From contig OZ037766.1 of the NCBI GenBank assembly GCA_964035545.1, positions 1,860,001 through 1,924,000 of the forward strand: a stretch of 64,000 nucleotides of DNA, written 5' to 3'. Shown here in pieces: positions 41,224 to 53,612 of the stretch. Below the pieces are notes generated by a model, which ran no database searches, was not told the DNA's origin, and saw only the letters and a program-made list of their open reading frames with translations. The translations under genes and the position numbers were made by a program. Source of the DNA: Bugula neritina. Lineage: Eukaryota; Animalia; Bryozoa. Within the stretch, counting starts at the first letter, position 1. Every line of letters begins with the position of its first letter.

Positions 41224-42445
41224 AGCATGGGTGGCCATAGCATAGGGTGGCCATAGCATATAATAGGGTGGCCATAGCATACAATAGGGTGGTCATAGCA
41301 TATAATAGGGTGGTCATAGCATATAATAGGGTGGTCATAGCATATAATAGGGTGGCCATAGCATACAATAGGGTGGTCATAGCATATAATAGGGTGGTCA
41401 TAGCATATAATAGGGTGGTCATAGCATATAATAGGGTGGCCATAGCATATAATAGGGTGGCCATAGCATATAATAGGGTGGCCATAGCATATAATAGGGT
41501 GGTCATAGCATATAATAGGGTGGCCATAGCATATAATAGGGTGGCCATAGCATATAATAGGGTGGCCATAGCATACAATAGGGTGGTCATAGCATATAAT
41601 AGGGTGGTCATAGCATATAATAGGGTGGTCATAGCATATAATAGGGTGGCCATAGCATATAATAGGGTGGTCATAGCATATAATAGGGTGGCCATAGCAT
41701 ATAATAGGGTGGCCATAGCATATAATAGGGTGGTCATAGCATATAATAGGGTGGCCATAGCATATAATAGGGTGGCCATAGCATATAATAGGGTGGCCAT
41801 AGCATACAATAGGGTGGCCATAGCATATAATAGGGTGGTCATAGCATATAATAGGGTGGCCATAGCATATAATAGGGTGGTCATAGCATATAATAGGGTG
41901 GTCATAGCATATAATAGGGTGGTCATAGCATATAATAGGGTGGCCATAGCATATAATAGGGTGGTCATAGCATATAATAGGGTGGCCATAGCATATAATA
42001 GGGTGGCCATAGCATATAATAGGGTGGTCATAGCATATAATAGGGTGGCCATAGCATATAATAGGGTGGCCATAGCATATAATAGGGTGGCCATAGCATA
42101 CAATAGGGTGGTCATAGCATATAATAGGGTGGCCATAGCATATAATAGGGTGGCCATAGCATATAATAGGGTGGTCATAGCATATAATAGGGTGGCCATA
42201 GCATATAATAGGGTGGCCATAGCATATAATAGGGTGGCCATAGCATACAATAGGGTGGTCATAGCATATAATAGGGTGGCCATAGCATATAATAGGGTGG
42301 TCATAGCATACAATAGGGTGGCCATAGCATATAATAGGGTGGCCATAGCATATAATAGGGTGGTCATAGCATATAATAGGGTGGCCATAGCATATAATAG
42401 GGTGGTCATAGCATATAATAGGGTGGTCATAGCATAGCATAGGGT
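41224..42445. repeat. 21-bp minisatellite CATAGCATA(T/C)AATAGGGTGG(C/T), ~57 copies
   Basis: 1.2-kb near-perfect array; explains the three ~400-aa repeat ORFs. Confidence 0.97.
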
Positions 42446-43553
42446 GCAGTAGGCAAGTTGCATAAAGCACAAACTTATACTATTTCCTCTACCTCCACAG
42501 CTACTATAATAATTACTAATCTACTTTCTCAAAATATTCAATTGTCACATTATACTGTTCATTATAATATCAAGGTGGGATAACAGAGTCATATGATAGA
42601 GTTAGTATCATGTAACCACAAGTGGGACTCCATATGTAATCATGGCAGTGATTTATTTCTCTCTCCTAGATTTGAAGTGTGACAGACTAACTAATCATGA
42701 AAAGCACAAACTAGCAAATAAGCATCTGGCACTCCTTATATCTCCAACCCCCTCCCCACCCCCCTGCTCACCCACCCCCTGCTGATCTGAGATGGAACAG
42801 TAACAGAACCTTAGGAAGTCAGAAAACAAAGGAAAACTTGATAAAGTTGCTAGTTTTACTGCAAGCTATCTTACTGCATGCTATATTACTGCATGCTAGT
42901 GTGTATAATAATAGTGTACAGTAAATAGGCATAACTCAGCAACTGGATGCCACCTAAAGCCACCATGAAATGCTGGTAGAGAAACTGCAAACAAAGAGGA
43001 AGGCCCTGGCACCATCAGCTTTGAAACCAGCTTCATTAATATAACACAGAGAGGCCCAGGGCAGCCTGGATGTTCAGTAAGTAATCCAACTCTGATAACA
43101 CAGCAACCGGCAGCAGACAATGTAGACAATGTGCGAAGAATAAGGAGACATTCATATTTCCACCCAACATCCAACTTGCATAAGGCTGAAAGGGTGATAG
43201 GTCTAAGGTCAAGGCAGGGACAGCGTGTAGAACCTGTTCTAAGAAAAGATGCTGGATGGAGCAACAAGGGATGTGCAGAGGCAATGTTTGAGCTATAAAC
43301 ATTACACAACAGTTCAACTAACCACACAATATGGAGCATCAGTTGCTGGGTAGAGAAGTCAATACAGACTAACTACAGGATAGTAAAAACTAACAGAACT
43401 TTCTTAACATACAAAATCAGGAATTATCCCCCCATATAAAAATATTCAACATATTGCTGCAATGAGATTACGGAGCTTTATTTTTAATACAAAAAGCATT
43501 TCCTGTGTGACACAGGATAACCTGCCCGTCTCACCGCTGAAACAGGGACATAC

Positions 43554-46500
43554 CTTGTCCAGCTCATGTCGACCGTGTATCCCATAATGCCACAGGAGTT
43601 GGGCAATGCTGAGGTGAGGAGTGTAGCTGTAGGCTACCAGAACGCAGGGCACTGTATCCTCTCCCTGAAAGACAGCAAATTATTAGACAGTTATCAGGGG
43701 TGTGGTATAACTGTATGTATACTATATATCTACTCTATGGTTAACCTATGCAGACACCCCCTAGATACCACTAACCAGATAGATATATCATGAAGTCAAA
43801 TGATAAATGGAAATGTGAAAGGAAAAGACAATTTAGATTTTAGATGCAGTAAGATGAGAGCTAAACACAAAAGTGAAAGAGGATTTTTGCTGTGATATAT
43901 TTTTCCTACATTGGCAGCACGGGCGCTGATGCCAGTCAAATACCTGGATGTTTTTGGACAAGTATTTGAAGGCTGCAATATATAACATGCCCAATGATAA
44001 TAACCCACATTATGCTAAATTATATGTAAAACAATTATCATTCATTATTATGATTACAGTAACAGTCTAATTACATTATATTATCATTACAGGTATGGGT
44101 GAGCACCTGTGGGTACCTGTAGCAAGTAATCATCATTATTATAACTATTAGCCAGTTATTATCCTGAACAGAGAAAAACCAGCCACTCAGTAATAACACT
44201 GACTAACGTGAGGGTGTGACTGACTTTAACATGGCTACAGAGTGCATCCCACCATCATGGCACTATTTCACCTCAATATGGCTGATGTTTATTTATAGCA
44301 CCATGTTTATTATTGTTTGAAGGAGCCAAAGTGTGTGCTAAGGAAATACATACTAATACAGCAGCCAGACAAACAGACAGACAGCCCTATTAGCAGGAGT
44401 CTTGACATGATGTATGATAGCAGAGACCAGAGCTGAAGACTCCTGTCTCCCACACACCAAGTCAAATCAATATCCTCACTGTGTGGCATGTCTAGCAGGT
44501 GCACTTAGCTGGGCTATTCATTGCGTCTCCCACCTACATAGCCAGACCACCCACGAGGATGTCCTTGAGCCAGCTAAAGGTCAACAGCACCACACAGCAA
44601 GACCCCCCCCCACAATCTCTTCTTTACCGGACAAGTTCACAGTCTTACAAGGTGCTACTTGGAGGGTGGCTGTGCAAAGCAGCTGCAACAACCGGTGGCC
44701 AGATGTGAAAGATTATTATTAAGACTTGCTGGTAGTAATTACCCTCCAGAAACCAGGCTAGGCTTACTGTAGAAGGAAGCAGGAAGACGCATACATGTCT
44801 GGCTAATACAACATGTCCATCATCACACACAACAGGAATGGAAATATGAGTAAATAATATTGGCAGTGCTTTATGAAGGGGGCAGCAACTCCAAATTGTA
44901 GATACTAGACTGTTGTCAAATAATATAAACTAAGAATTGTTTTAATAAGAAAAACTGCGTGACCTCAACTTGGCCTTGAAATGGGTATGATTTGAGGCTT
45001 GAATTTTTACACTGGAACAAAAATTTCTCCAGTAGTTTTCCGAATGACTACAGCATAGTTCCCCCCCCCTATGAGGATGTGATAGCTACGTGATTTGTCA
45101 CCTAAGGAAGAGCGTAGTGGCAGCCAGAGGCCTACATATACTGGAGGTGTGGGTGATGGATGGAGAGAGTGACAGGTACCACCACCTCCTTGTCAACACA
45201 ACAGGATAAACCTGACAGGGTAAGGAAACATCACTCTGGTTATTTAATAGCAATTTAACATAGGAAGTACAGCTTATGCTTGTATATAATATATACAGTA
45301 TATACAGTATATATAATATATATGTATAATTATATACATAATACAACATATGTATATAATACGAGTGGAGAACTGAAAGATATATCTTTCTGTTGCTATC
45401 TACAGTAGTACAACTCAAGTATACTGTGCTATTGTATTTCAAGTGAAAGAAAAGACCCACAATAATAATATTACATCATCAACAGTTAGTACGTGCTGGC
45501 AGCAACAGCAGTATCACCTACAGCAAAGGCAGCAGTTGAAGGAAAACACAACATTGTGTACCAGAGATGAACTGATTACATGAAATGTACTTTGGAACAG
45601 CCTAAACCATAGGCATAGGGCATAGAATATGCCAAACTATAATTACATGATGATACCCTGGCACAGTGTTGCATAACAATAACAACCTGCAACAACCTGC
45701 AAGGAAGAGCATTGCAAATGACACCAACTCCACGCACTGTTTTTCTTGGTAACTTTCCAGCATGGTCTTGGATTAAATTTAGATAATAATAAAAACAACC
45801 ACTAAACGGCCAATAGAAATCGAGCTGCTAACTAGCGAGTAACACGATTTTAAACCAATAAGAAAGCAGGAAAGCTCTGCGTATTTCACTCGACATCAAT
45901 CACAGTTTATAGAAAATAATAATTTTGTCCAGGCATTCGGGTGAACTTGCCTCAACACAATGCTTAAAAGTCTTAATAATTGCAAATAAACGAGCAACAC
46001 CCTGCGGGAGGAAACCATTGGTTCTCTTCAACTAACACACAGTTTATTGGTTGTGTTAATTTATGAAGTTGACAGACCAGGGCCACTGCTAATAATATTA
46101 ACATTTTCTTCCATAAGTTCAAATTGAATGAACTGTTCAGTCAATAAGGAAATCAGCCGCTGCTCTACTTTATGAAAGCTGCTTCAAGGCAGCACAAAAT
46201 AAACATTCCTAAAAATATCTAGAAATCCAACTTACAAACTAGACTGAGCTCTATGAATAGAAAGAGTATATGTTGGGGAGACAAGAAACCCACCCATATT
46301 TCTCGCATCCTCTTTCTGACTCATGTTTTGACATGTCATATCATCACCCAAGCATCCTCCCACCCTTAATTGGCCTCCATATTGTAAATATTTGTTTAAT
46401 GAGTTAATTTATGGAATTTCTCATATTTTGAAAACAAATCTTACTCCTCTTGACAACTGATAATCTGCAGAAGGTAATCAACTGATAATCTGCAGAAGGT

Positions 46501-49500
46501 AATCAACTGATAATCTGCAGAAGGTAATCAACTGATGATCTGCAGAAGGTAATCAACTGATAATCTGCAGAAGGTAATCAACTGATAATCTGCAGAAGGT
46601 AATCAACTGATAATCTGCAGAAGGTAATCAACTGATAATCTGCAGAAGGTAATCAACTGATAATCTGCAGAAGGTAATCAACTGATAATCTGCAGAAAGT
46701 AAAACATCAAAAAGTCTCAAAGTCACTGAAATAGAAGATTCAGAATTAGGAAACACCGAGAATTGGTACCATAATTAGGATTAACTAACAGAACCTTTAC
46801 TGGAACCAAGTCTAATAGGCTTCAATACTTCCCACAGCCAACACTTGTGAGATCTGCAGATCAACATTTGTGACAAATATTAGGCCCAAAGAGTTTTCTC
46901 AGGTTACGTTGACCCTTTTACAACTTTGAACTGCGCAGCAAAACGACAACTAAAAGCAGTAGCAGCTACTAGCTGCTGTTTAGGGCAGGCATGTAAAGAT
47001 TTGCTTAGCATGGGTTGATAGTTTATGGCCTGGGATCATATAGCTTGGTTTCACAAGCAGACAACTTTCCACGTTACAAAGCTCTGCTGGAACTAGTGCT
47101 ATTTCAAAACACTGCACGGCAGAGCTAACTGCTATGGTGAATCAGCTAGTTACCCGAGCCATCACCTATTCACTGCACTGAAGGTATGTAAACCCCACTT
47201 CAAGTGCACTAGGTTAACGAATGTGCCCAACACTGGATACCCAGGAAGATGTAGGAAAGTGAAATTCATAAGTTCTGTCAGGGAAGTGATAGTATTACAC
47301 AAGGCTTGTACTCAAACAGGGTATTCCGTGCAGTGGAGAGTGAATCAGAATAAACCTGTCTGACCATGTCATCTCAACTGCGTCAAACTTACTGACTGAA
47401 TAGACAGGACCGACAACTGGTAACTAGTAACTGGTAACTAGTAACTGGTAACTAGTAACTGGTAACTAGTAACTAATAACTAGTAGCTCACAACTAGTAA
47501 CTAATGACTAGTAACTAATGACTAGTAACTGACAACTTATTACTAAAAACTACTTGGCAATCCAAATTGTGATTCACACCACAATACAAATACGCAAGAA
47601 TATAGGATGGAAACATAAAGGCATTTCCTCATAGATATTTCAACATTTAAATTATAAAATACATATTTTAAGTGTACCTAACTCTATGCTATATGAAATA
47701 ATCAGGTGAGAGATGACTTTCAAAATAATCCTGCAGGTGTTTTGGTATGGCGCCAGTGTTAGCTGATAGAAGTGGTACGAAAAGTGGTCAGTTTGAAAAT
47801 AAACAACTGCTAGAGTGGCATAAGTCACGGATACATTACTTAATTCCTAATTCTTCTACACATATTTTAATATTATTGTAAAGACTAACCTGACTGAACC
47901 ACTAACATAACAATCTCCACTCACCCCAGACAGTCTGTGTTGAACTCTGCAGTTAGTCTTTACTCCGTCGTCGAGCAGCAACTGAACCAGCTGTTTGTTC
48001 TTATTCTCTAAGGCTATGGAGAGAAGACTCCTTTCCTGCCACAAACAACCAGTATAGTCCAGAGTACAACTTAACTTATACAGTATAGTCCAGAGTACGA
48101 CTTAACTTATACAGTATAGTCTGGAGTACGACTCAACTCACACAGTACAGTGTTGAGTACAACTTGATACACAACTAACAAAGGACGGTTTAGAGTACGA
48201 CTCAAAATATTTGGCCACATCATACTCTAAAAAGCAGCAGATTATTAAGAGTTATCATCTTTTAGGCCGAAAAGCTGTATAACAGACGCATGACTGAATA
48301 TAGCAAATATTACTCAAAAGTAAAGTGAATTTATGCAAACAAATTGCACAATCTTTAAAATGAACTAAGAATTCGCATGCATGGGTGTATACTAGATTAA
48401 AGACTCAGTGAACAACACACGAGACATATAATCACAAATCTGCAACATATTACATGAAAAACAAAGTTAAACAAGTCCAACAACCCAGCAGATCATGATG
48501 AGTTTCAAATTCAAAGAAAATTGCAAAACCACACAAAGCCATCAGCACTTTCAGCCCATTTAGTTTGTTTTGATATGAACTTTAGTAAGAATGCACATGT
48601 CTAAGTTATTTGATACCCCAAGAGCTTGTGGGGCATGTGTTGAACAGCACTTGTAATGTTTAAGTTGAAAAACAAAACTTGAAAGTTTGCCATGATTCAT
48701 AGATTTGCCGGGAGGAAACAGTCTGCTAATACTGACTGGGTTATAATTATTCTGGTCTAATGCAATTAGTAGTCAACTGCAACTGGCCATCTATTTATAG
48801 ACTGGTCAGGTTAAAAATAGTCATCAGGTAGACAGAATAGGTATAATCACTGTAACGGCTTCATTATAATTAAAAAATATATCAAAGAAATGCATCAGTC
48901 AGACTGTGAAAAACATGTGGGGATCAAAAGTTGATCCAGTGAATGGCAGGGTTGTTTGCTACTTGTTAGCAGACAACGGGATGTGCCAACAATTTGCATA
49001 AATTTACACTCAGCATCCAGAGCTAACACCAGGAGCTGACAGAACCTGGCAGACTCACAGGAGGTGACGAGAAAGATACGACTAATAATACTGTGAAGTA
49101 ATCTCCCCTGACTTAAGTTGTGTTTATACCTCTGCTGAAAAAAGTGCCGAGTTTCAGTTAATAACACTCGTCCGGGTACCCCTTTATAGTTTTACAGAAA
49201 CTCGGTAAAATCATATTGAGGCGGAAGCTTACTTTCTAAAAGTGAAATCTGACTTGTTTATTCGCTATTTGATGCCCTTTGAAAATGTCGTGAATTAGCG
49301 AAGTTGACAGCATAAAAACGATAATCGAGAAGGCGTAGGAGATATAATTATTAACATATAAGTACGTCTTCTAATCCCCATAGTCATAACTAAATAACGA
49401 TGTGTACAAGGAGTTATTACTCCTTTTGAGTATTATTCTGAACTCGGCTGATTAAGTTATCACAGTACAAACATTTTTACAAGTAGCTTTTACAATGCAA

Positions 49501-51953
49501 TGCAACTTGGGGAAATTTCAACTCGGCCAAATTGAATTTCTGACTGAAAATCGTGAAGGTATAAACGCAGCTTTAGTCATCCCGAAAATATTCCCATAAA
49601 AGTTAATTTTTTCCTTTAAACTCAGAGCAAGTGATAATAAAGCTAATCCTGTAGGTGTACAACCACTAATAGCAACAGAGAGTGAGTCACTAACAACAAG
49701 ATGTGACAGCAGAGTTGTATGAGTGACAAGGCAGAGCAGGTGCTCCATTATTGCCGATGGTGACACAACTCTTATAGAAAGTCCATCACTACAGATAAAA
49801 CACAACAACTCACTATAACATGTGGTTCTTGTTACTACACCGAGAGGAAGATAATTTGACTAAGAAGTTTACAAGGTGATGTTCCCACAACTTTCAGGCA
49901 GTTTCAATATTCATCACGATCGATGCTGAGATGAAAACCATTTCAATGTATTTCAACTTGTAGTTTACAGTCGGGACATTCAACTCCACTCCAAACCAGG
50001 AGACATAACTCCGGTATAAGAAATAAAGCATTGTCTACTTGGTCACAGGCTACCAACACTTTGTATACACACACAATACAAGCATAGAGGACAACTCCAA
50101 AACATAAGTAAAAATAGCCCAAGTACCTTGTATCTGGAGTTAACAGACCTCATTCTAGTTTCTTCTAGAACTTTTCTAACCGCTACCGTATCATTGGCCA
50201 ACACGCTGTGTATCAGAACCTGCAATAAGACCTCATATGTTTATCTCACTGAGTAACACTAATAGTACCTGCTTCTGACAGCAAAACACAGAGATGGGAG
50301 AATACAACTCCAAAGTGTAATGATTAAATACTGTTATGTCATAGTAGTATAATATTGCTAGAAGAAGCACCAAGTTGGGGGTGACTGAGTACAGTACAAA
50401 TACATAGACATCAGTTTCTAAACTGTACACTTGAGACCCCCAAACCAATGCACTCAGTGACCACCAACTCAATGCTTCTTCTAGCAACTTCTGTATAGTA
50501 GAGCTGGAATATTTACTATAGAGTATACAGCCACTACTAATTTAGTTTGCACGCATGCATTCAGTACACTACCTGCAGCTCATATTCTTAGACTACCTGC
50601 AGCTCATATTCTTAGACTACCTGCAGCCCAGCCTCAACTTACTGACTGATTTTTGTGCTCTGAAATCTTCTGAAGACATCGCAGGACAAACACCTCTTCA
50701 GTGCGCCGAGTGTTAGCCCAGTCGAGCACACTCTCACCGCTGCCGCCACTCTCACCGCTGCCGCCACTCTCACCGCTGCCGCCACTCTCACCGCTGCTGA
50801 CACAGATAGAGGTGACGCTGACCCAATTCCTGAGCAGCTTACAAACCATAGCGAAGTTTCCTGCAGACACAGCTTGGTGTAAGGGTGGGTTGAACTTCCT
50901 CACCAACTCCTTCATAGAACCTCTGCACAAGTCCAGCACACTCGTCCCAATCTACACGGAGAGAGAAGTATCAGTCCCACAATGCACTGGTAGTAGTACT
51001 TTGCATTCACACCATATTAATGAGGTCAGTCCCACAATGCACTGGTAGCACCCTCACCTTATTAGTTATTGTTGCGTCAGCCCCACAATGCAGCAGTGCC
51101 TCTGTCACCAGGTAATTGTGAGCCCTGACGGCAGCGTGTAGCGGTGTCTCCCCTTCCTGACAACAGAATAGTAGAGTCAGCACATGTCTGTGTACAGTTC
51201 TGTAGTACGGGGCTCACCCACCCCCCCCCTCACACAATCTGTGTAGCTTGAGCGAACAGTAGTGAATCTAATACTGGATCGGAAACACAGAAGGAAATGT
51301 AGTTTTTAAGAAGTTTTCCAGCTGTAGCCTTATTATTATTCAGAGAGTTAAGAGTAGAACAGAGTTAGTTCAGTATTAGAATCTATGAGTTTAACGCCAG
51401 AAAAGTTGAAATACGTACATCATTTTGCTTGTTGACAAGCGCCCCCTGTTGGGCCAACACATAGACAGGGGTGGGTAACTCCCGGGGGAACACAGATAGC
51501 CTGTGTAACGCGGTGTTTCCTTTCTACAAAATCATATGTGATGACATCACTTCCTAGATATATTTCCTATAGTGTAAGTACACAACCAAATCTAGAGCAA
51601 CATATTTTAGCCTCAATTTTCAATTTTAAACACAAAATCTCTCGACATGAACACTTTTACCCGTCAATACAATGTGATTCATTCATCTGATGTGAAATCA
51701 GCAAATCTCAAGCAGTTCAATAAAGTGACTTTCAACTGCCACTATCAGCAGGGTTTACAGGTTTTACACCTATTCCGTGAGAAACCTGAGTGTTTGTATC
51801 GCCCACCTTGTCTATCCCTCTATTAACATCCTTCTGTTGTAACAGTAGCCTCAGAGCATCGGCAGACAGATTTATCTCCACCTGCTTGTCACTGGAGTCA
51901 CGACTATCAAATACTTCTATCAGGAAGCTGTCCATTGATGTCTGACTGTCCAT
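43554..51953 (-). CDS. Ankyrin-repeat protein, exons 1-7 (~414 aa if joined to 15601-17972)
   Basis: Phase-0 GT-AG exons 51807-51953, 51419-51523 (KGNTALHRL), 51058-51156 (EGETPLHAAVRAHNYLVTEALLHCGADATITNK), 50643-50951 (PPLHQAVSAGNFAMVCKLL), 50127-50219, 47925-48035 (SLLSIALENKNKQLVQLLLDDGV), 43554-43664 (HLSIAQLLWHYG). A probable non-coding upstream exon ends at 52247. Confidence 0.85.
46453..46700. repeat. 25-bp minisatellite CAACTGATAATCTGCAGAAGGTAAT, ~10 copies
   Basis: Visible array. Confidence 0.95.
47414..47535. repeat. 14-bp tandem repeat AACTGGTAACTAGT, degenerating at the 3' end
   Basis: Visible array. Confidence 0.8.
48050..48165. repeat. 31-bp tandem repeat, ~3.5 copies, next to the acceptor at 48036
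   Basis: CAGTATAGTCCAGAGTAC(A/G)ACTTAACTTATA units. Confidence 0.8.
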
Positions 51954-52589
51954 TGATGTCTAATTGCAAATCAATGAGTTGTTTAACCAAATTAGTCTTG
52001 TTTGATGTCATTTTAAAAAGATACGGAAATATATGAATAAATTTAAACTGGAAAGTAATGAATGCAATCACTACACTCAAACAGTATATTTCAGTAGATA
52101 CTGAGAAGACTTCACATTTTCAATAGAAGCAACATCAATGTTCTGGCTTACAACAATTTCATCAAGTTTACAAAACAAAGCCTGAACTACAATCACTTTT
52201 ATTACATAATAAATTTACACATGAACATGGAAATAATACCACTTACCTAAAGCGGGCTAGCTGACCTTGTATATTCACATGGGGCAGCAAATACCACTAT
52301 ACCACATGTCATAACTACTGCTGCTGCTACTGCTGCTACTACTACTACTGCTGCCTATTATAACTATCCACTTAAGCAAATAGCAACCTTAGCGCTAAAA
52401 CATTCACTGAATACAATGCCTGTCAATATATCTCAGCAAATGTAAAGTTTTCACTTGCTGTCAAAAGAGCTGAAATAATGTCAATACAAATACTGTATCA
52501 ACAATTTGAGTTCAAACAAATAAAGTCAATTCTTAGTACAATAGCACCTACAATGTATTATAATACTGTGCTATATATTACTATATGCT

Positions 52590-52995
52590 AGCCAATATAT
52601 TACATATTATGCACTATGTATTACAGTATATTACATACTATACACTATACATTACAATATATTACATACTATACACTATATATTACAATATATTACATAC
52701 TATACACTATATATTACAATATATTACATACTATACACTATATATTACAATATATTACATACTATACACTATGTATTACAGTATATTACATACTATACAC
52801 TATACATTACAATATATTACATACTATACACTACAATATAATACATACTATACACTATATATTATAATATATTACATACTATACAGTATATATTATAATA
52901 TATTACATACTATACAGTATACACTATAATATATTACATACTATACAGTATGTATTATAATATATTACATACTATACAGTATACACTATATATTA
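52590..52995. repeat. 31-bp AT-rich minisatellite TATATTACATACTATACACTATATATTACAA
   Basis: Visible array; explains ORFs 52585-52929 and 52616-52867. Confidence 0.9.
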
Positions 52996-53612
52996 TAGTT
53001 ACCAAGGCAACAGCTATGAATATAACAACACTTGGAACAAAGAGGAGAAAGAATAATGTAAGGTGAGGTTTAAACTTGAGAAGATTTAACCAAGAACAGA
53101 GCAAATATTTCATGGGAATGAAGTAAGTAAAAGTTGCTAGTGATCTGCCAAAGAACCTCAACAAAACCGGCATTGTGTTGGTAGAAAATCTACGTGTTAG
53201 TGTGATCGAGGAAATGACATGAGAGACCATCACATCATTAATTTGATTGGTTAAACGTGAATAAATACTCACCATTAATAACTACTATAACATACTTGGA
53301 AGATAAAGTTGTTAGACTGAGATACTCACATCGGAGTCACTATGTTGTAACTAAGGGTAAAACTGAGACCTAAAGATAATTTTTCTGCATCTATTTTACA
53401 ACATTTGGCTGTACAAAACATTCTAAAATAGTCATTTACAACTTATTTAGTATAAACATATATACACAGCTATACTGGCCAGCACTGGTCTGTAAAGATA
53501 AACAGTCAAATTGTTAGTAAAAGTCCCCTTAGGTTCACCAATCATCATCACAGGAACAATGCTTCTTACATTAACGTACACATTACATCTAGCTTCCTAT
53601 AGGAGTTGTCTT

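Noticed and set aside
41181-42472. Three ~400-aa ORFs (GHPIICY, ATLLYAM and VAIAYNR repeats)
   Set aside because: They are translations of a 21-bp minisatellite; there is no synonymous divergence, no splice context, and both strands are open.
42896-44830. Cluster of 60-147 aa ORFs on both strands
   Set aside because: Apart from the ankyrin exon 43554-43664 they have no recognisable motifs or consistent splice signals; treated as intronic noise.
49150-49620. CpG-enriched intronic block, possibly a non-autonomous DNA transposon
   Set aside because: No terminal inverted repeats, TSD or second copy could be identified in the window.
52000-53612. HTD2-like second cistron downstream of RPP14, as in vertebrates
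   Set aside because: No ORF with MaoC/hotdog dehydratase motifs; ORF 52955-53275 is unrecognisable and runs into a satellite.
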